Source of the DNA: Candidatus Poriferihabitaceae bacterium
GTDB taxonomy: Bacteria; Pseudomonadota; Gammaproteobacteria; Arenicellales; Poriferihabitantaceae
Assembly (NCBI GenBank): GCA_965226545.1
Contig: OZ245364.1
Coordinates: 1,771,890-1,835,889 of the forward strand
Direction: 5' to 3'
DNA: 64,000 bases
The translations under genes and the position numbers were made by a program. Under the pieces are notes generated by a model, which saw nothing but the letters and a program-made list of their open reading frames with translations, was not told the DNA's origin and made no database searches. Below, piece by piece: positions 61,723 to 64,000 of this stretch. How positions within the stretch are numbered: the first letter of the stretch is position 1; the number at the start of each line of letters is the position of its first letter.

Positions 61723-63228
61723 TTACACTTCGCCTTGACATTCGCGCAACACCGTCGGCAACGCATCGATTACATCGCCCGCCAGCAAGCCGCGTTCGCC
61801 GCGCGTCTGCACCGCAACATCGGCGGCGCGCGCATGCAACCACACCGCAGATTCGGCGGCGGCAAGTGGCGCATCGCCTTGGGCAAGTTGCGCGGCCAGC
61901 AAGCCGGTCAACACATCGCCCATGCCGGCCGATGCCATGCCCGGATTGCCGAGGATGCACACCTGCGCGCTTGTGCCGTCACTAATCAAAGTGCCCGCGC
62001 CTTTTAATACGCACACCCCGCCATACCGCGCGGCAATCGCATGCGCGGCGGTCAATCTGTCGGCTTGCACTTCGCCGACCGTGGCGTCGAGCAATCGCGC
62101 CGCTTCGCCGGGATGCGGGGTGAGCAACCAATCATCGCGGCGGCGCCCGGTGCGCGCCAAATGATTCAAGCCGTCGGCGTCGACAACCATGCCGGCTTTG
62201 GTATCGACATCGCCATCGACAAACTGCGCAAACACCCGCGCGCTCCACGCGCTTTGCCCCAGCCCGGGGCCGAGTGCAACCACATCCGCCGGCGGCGCAT
62301 CAGAGAGCGCATCAACGCTCATTAACTCGGCGCGATGCAAGGCGATTTGCGCGCAATGCGCCGCGCAGGTTGCAATCGTCACCAAGCCGGCGCCGCCGCG
62401 CAACGCCGCCCGCCCGGACAACAACGTTGCTCCAAGCATGCCGACATCGCCGCCGACCACCAGCACGCGCCCGGCGTCGCCTTTATGCATGCTCGGCGCG
62501 CGCTTGCGCAGACGCGGTGCGCGCAGGATTCGCGCGCAAGGCGCAACCACTTCACGCGCCGCGCGCGGAATGTTGAGGTCGGCAAAGACCAAATCGCCGG
62601 CGACATCGCGACCGCTTGCGGTCAACAACCCCAACTTGACGCCGATGAAGGTGACCGTGACATCGGCCTGCACGCACGGCGCAAATGCAACGCCGGTGTC
62701 GGCGCACAACCCGGACGGCAAATCCAATGCAAGCACCGCACAATCGGCGCGGTTGATGCAATCGATTAACGCGGCCGCGTCACCTTCAGGCGCGCGCCGC
62801 AAGCCGGTGCCGAACAATGCATCGACAATCACTTCGGCTTCGTCAATCGCTTTATGTTGCGCGGCGCGGTCGCGCACGATGACGCCGCCGGCGGTTTGGT
62901 AGTCCTCAGCGCAGGCGCGCGCATCGACGCCGCGCGGCGCGCCAATGGCGAGCGCGCGAGTCGGCACGCCGATTTGTTGCGCGCACGATGCAACGACATA
63001 ACCGTCGCCGCCGTTGTTGCCGGCGCCGCACACCACGACCAAGTTGGCGGCGCCGCCAAAGCGCATCATCATTGCATCGAACGCCGCCCGTCCGGCGCGG
63101 CGCATTAATTCACCGCCGCTGACCGCGTGGTGTTGCATCACAATGCGGTCGAGTTCGCGCGTTTGCGCGGCTTGATAAACTTCGTCGGGGAGCATAAACC
63201 TGCGTGGTTGAAACTGTGGCGGATGCAT
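61723..63228 (-). CDS. nnr: bifunctional NAD(P)H-hydrate epimerase/dehydratase Nnr (YjeF)
   Basis: CGAGNNGGDGYV (YjeF-N) and HKGDAGRVLVVGG..GNPGMASAGMGDVLTG (YjeF-C). Confidence 0.9.
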   Translation of the reverse strand: MHPPQFQPRRFMLPDEVYQAAQTRELDRIVMQHHAVSGGELMRRAGRAAFDAMMMRFGGAANLVVVCGAGNNGGDGYVVASCAQQIGVPTRALAIGAPRGVDARACAEDYQTAGGVIVRDRAAQHKAIDEAEVIVDALFGTGLRRAPEGDAAALIDCINRADCAVLALDLPSGLCADTGVAFAPCVQADVTVTFIGVKLGLLTASGRDVAGDLVFADLNIPRAAREVVAPCARILRAPRLRKRAPSMHKGDAGRVLVVGGDVGMLGATLLSGRAALRGGAGLVTIATCAAHCAQIALHRAELMSVDALSDAPPADVVALGPGLGQSAWSARVFAQFVDGDVDTKAGMVVDADGLNHLARTGRRRDDWLLTPHPGEAARLLDATVGEVQADRLTAAHAIAARYGGVCVLKGAGTLISDGTSAQVCILGNPGMASAGMGDVLTGLLAAQLAQGDAPLAAAESAVWLHARAADVAVQTRGERGLLAGDVIDALPTVLRECQGEV

Positions 63229-63483
63229 CGATGATATAAGAAAAGCGCGCGCCGCGACAATCGGTTACGATTGATGCATTGCTTTACGGTGTATTTTACT
63301 TTCGATGATGGTTTTTTGTTTTTATTTTTTATTTTTGCTTTGCTTGCGCAGTTTACTATTTGAGTTGATTTGTTTTTTTTGTTTTGTTTTGCATTGAAAT
63401 GAATTGTATTGAATTGAATTACGTATAACTTGAACCAAACCAAACAAAATAAACCAAACTAAATCAAACCAAATTAAATTAAG

Positions 63484-64000
63484 ATGACCGCGCACAGCAC
63501 AGACACTTACGACGCCGCCGCGCTCGTGCAAAAAATTAAAACCTGGGGCGCGCAACTCGGCTTTGCGCACACCGCCATCAGCGATGTCGATTTGCGCGCC
63601 AGCGAGCGGCGGTTGGTTGCATGGCTGGCGAATAACTTTCACGGCGAGATGGCGTACATGGCGCGCCACGGCGTCAAGCGCAGTCGCCCGGGCGAATTGT
63701 TGGCGGAGACGGTGCGCGCGATTACCGTGCGCATGGATTATTTGCCGCAACCGATGCGCGATGCACAAGCGGCGTTGGACGACGCCACCATCGGCTACAT
63801 CTCGCGCTATGCACTCGGGCGCGATTATCACAAGATGATGCGCAACAAACTTGCAACACTTGCGCGGCGCGTCGGCGATGAAGTCGGCGCGTTTGGTCAT
63901 CGCGCATTGTGCGACAGCGCGCCGGTGTTGGAAAAGCCGCTCGCGCAAAAATCCGGGCACGGCTGGATTGGCAAGCACACCAATTTAATCAACCGCGAAC
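63484..64000 (+). CDS. queG: epoxyqueuosine reductase QueG, N-terminal part; continues past the window end
   Basis: ..FHGEMAYMARHG.KRSRPGELL..ISRYALGRDYHK..DSAPVLEKPLAQKSGHGWIGKHTNLI. Divergent from nnr, as with E. coli yjeS/yjeF. Confidence 0.85.
   Translation, partial: MTAHSTDTYDAAALVQKIKTWGAQLGFAHTAISDVDLRASERRLVAWLANNFHGEMAYMARHGVKRSRPGELLAETVRAITVRMDYLPQPMRDAQAALDDATIGYISRYALGRDYHKMMRNKLATLARRVGDEVGAFGHRALCDSAPVLEKPLAQKSGHGWIGKHTNLINRE

Overview
This 64 kb window looks like a gammaproteobacterial chromosome. The evidence is E. coli-like synteny: ffh next to ypjD, tsaB-yoaA, grpE-dnaK-dnaJ, and queG next to nnr-tsaE-amiB-mutL. Coding regions are GC-rich and the spacers are AT-rich and repeat-filled.

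Backbone content:
- Housekeeping genes: ilvI (partial), ffh, tsaB, yoaA, the heat-shock operon with sigma32-type promoters, erpA, htpX, mutL, amiB, tsaE, nnr and queG (partial).
- A locus I read as 2,3-dihydroxypropane-sulfonate (DHPS)/sulfolactate catabolism: SuyAB-like UxaA-family lyase, a TRAP transporter, a HisD-like HpsN, an SDR and a Zn-ADH. SorAB-like sulfite dehydrogenase lies further on.
- A nitrogen-osmolyte block: choline/betaine ABC transporter in X-W-V order, dimethylglycine-dehydrogenase-like enzyme, BKACE, HDAC-like protein and two aminotransferases.

Five lower-GC accessory patches stand out:
1. 1364-4786: twin 463-aa ABC/AAA15-type ATPases, one with degenerate Walker A and B motifs, plus a 186-aa partner.
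2. 26958-31735: a GHKL-type ATPase with a coupled 223-aa partner and a DUF262-HNH nuclease. This patch splits the DHPS locus.
3. 17396-20454: a tandem DUF488 pair, then, after the backbone htpX gene (18531-19427), two orphan genes (19543-20454).
4. 50608-51509: a NYN nuclease with a small ORF.
5. 52001-57266: a surface-protein island holding an inverse autotransporter, two PPC-domain lipoproteins, a Bor-like lipoprotein and an outer-membrane barrel. Its two transcription units carry the same roughly 180-nt structured leader, which is a riboswitch-like candidate.

Almost every spacer is built from its own degenerate short tandem repeat. I found no tRNA, rRNA, CRISPR array, integrase or transposase. 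All calls come from reading the translations and sequence by eye, and no searches were run.
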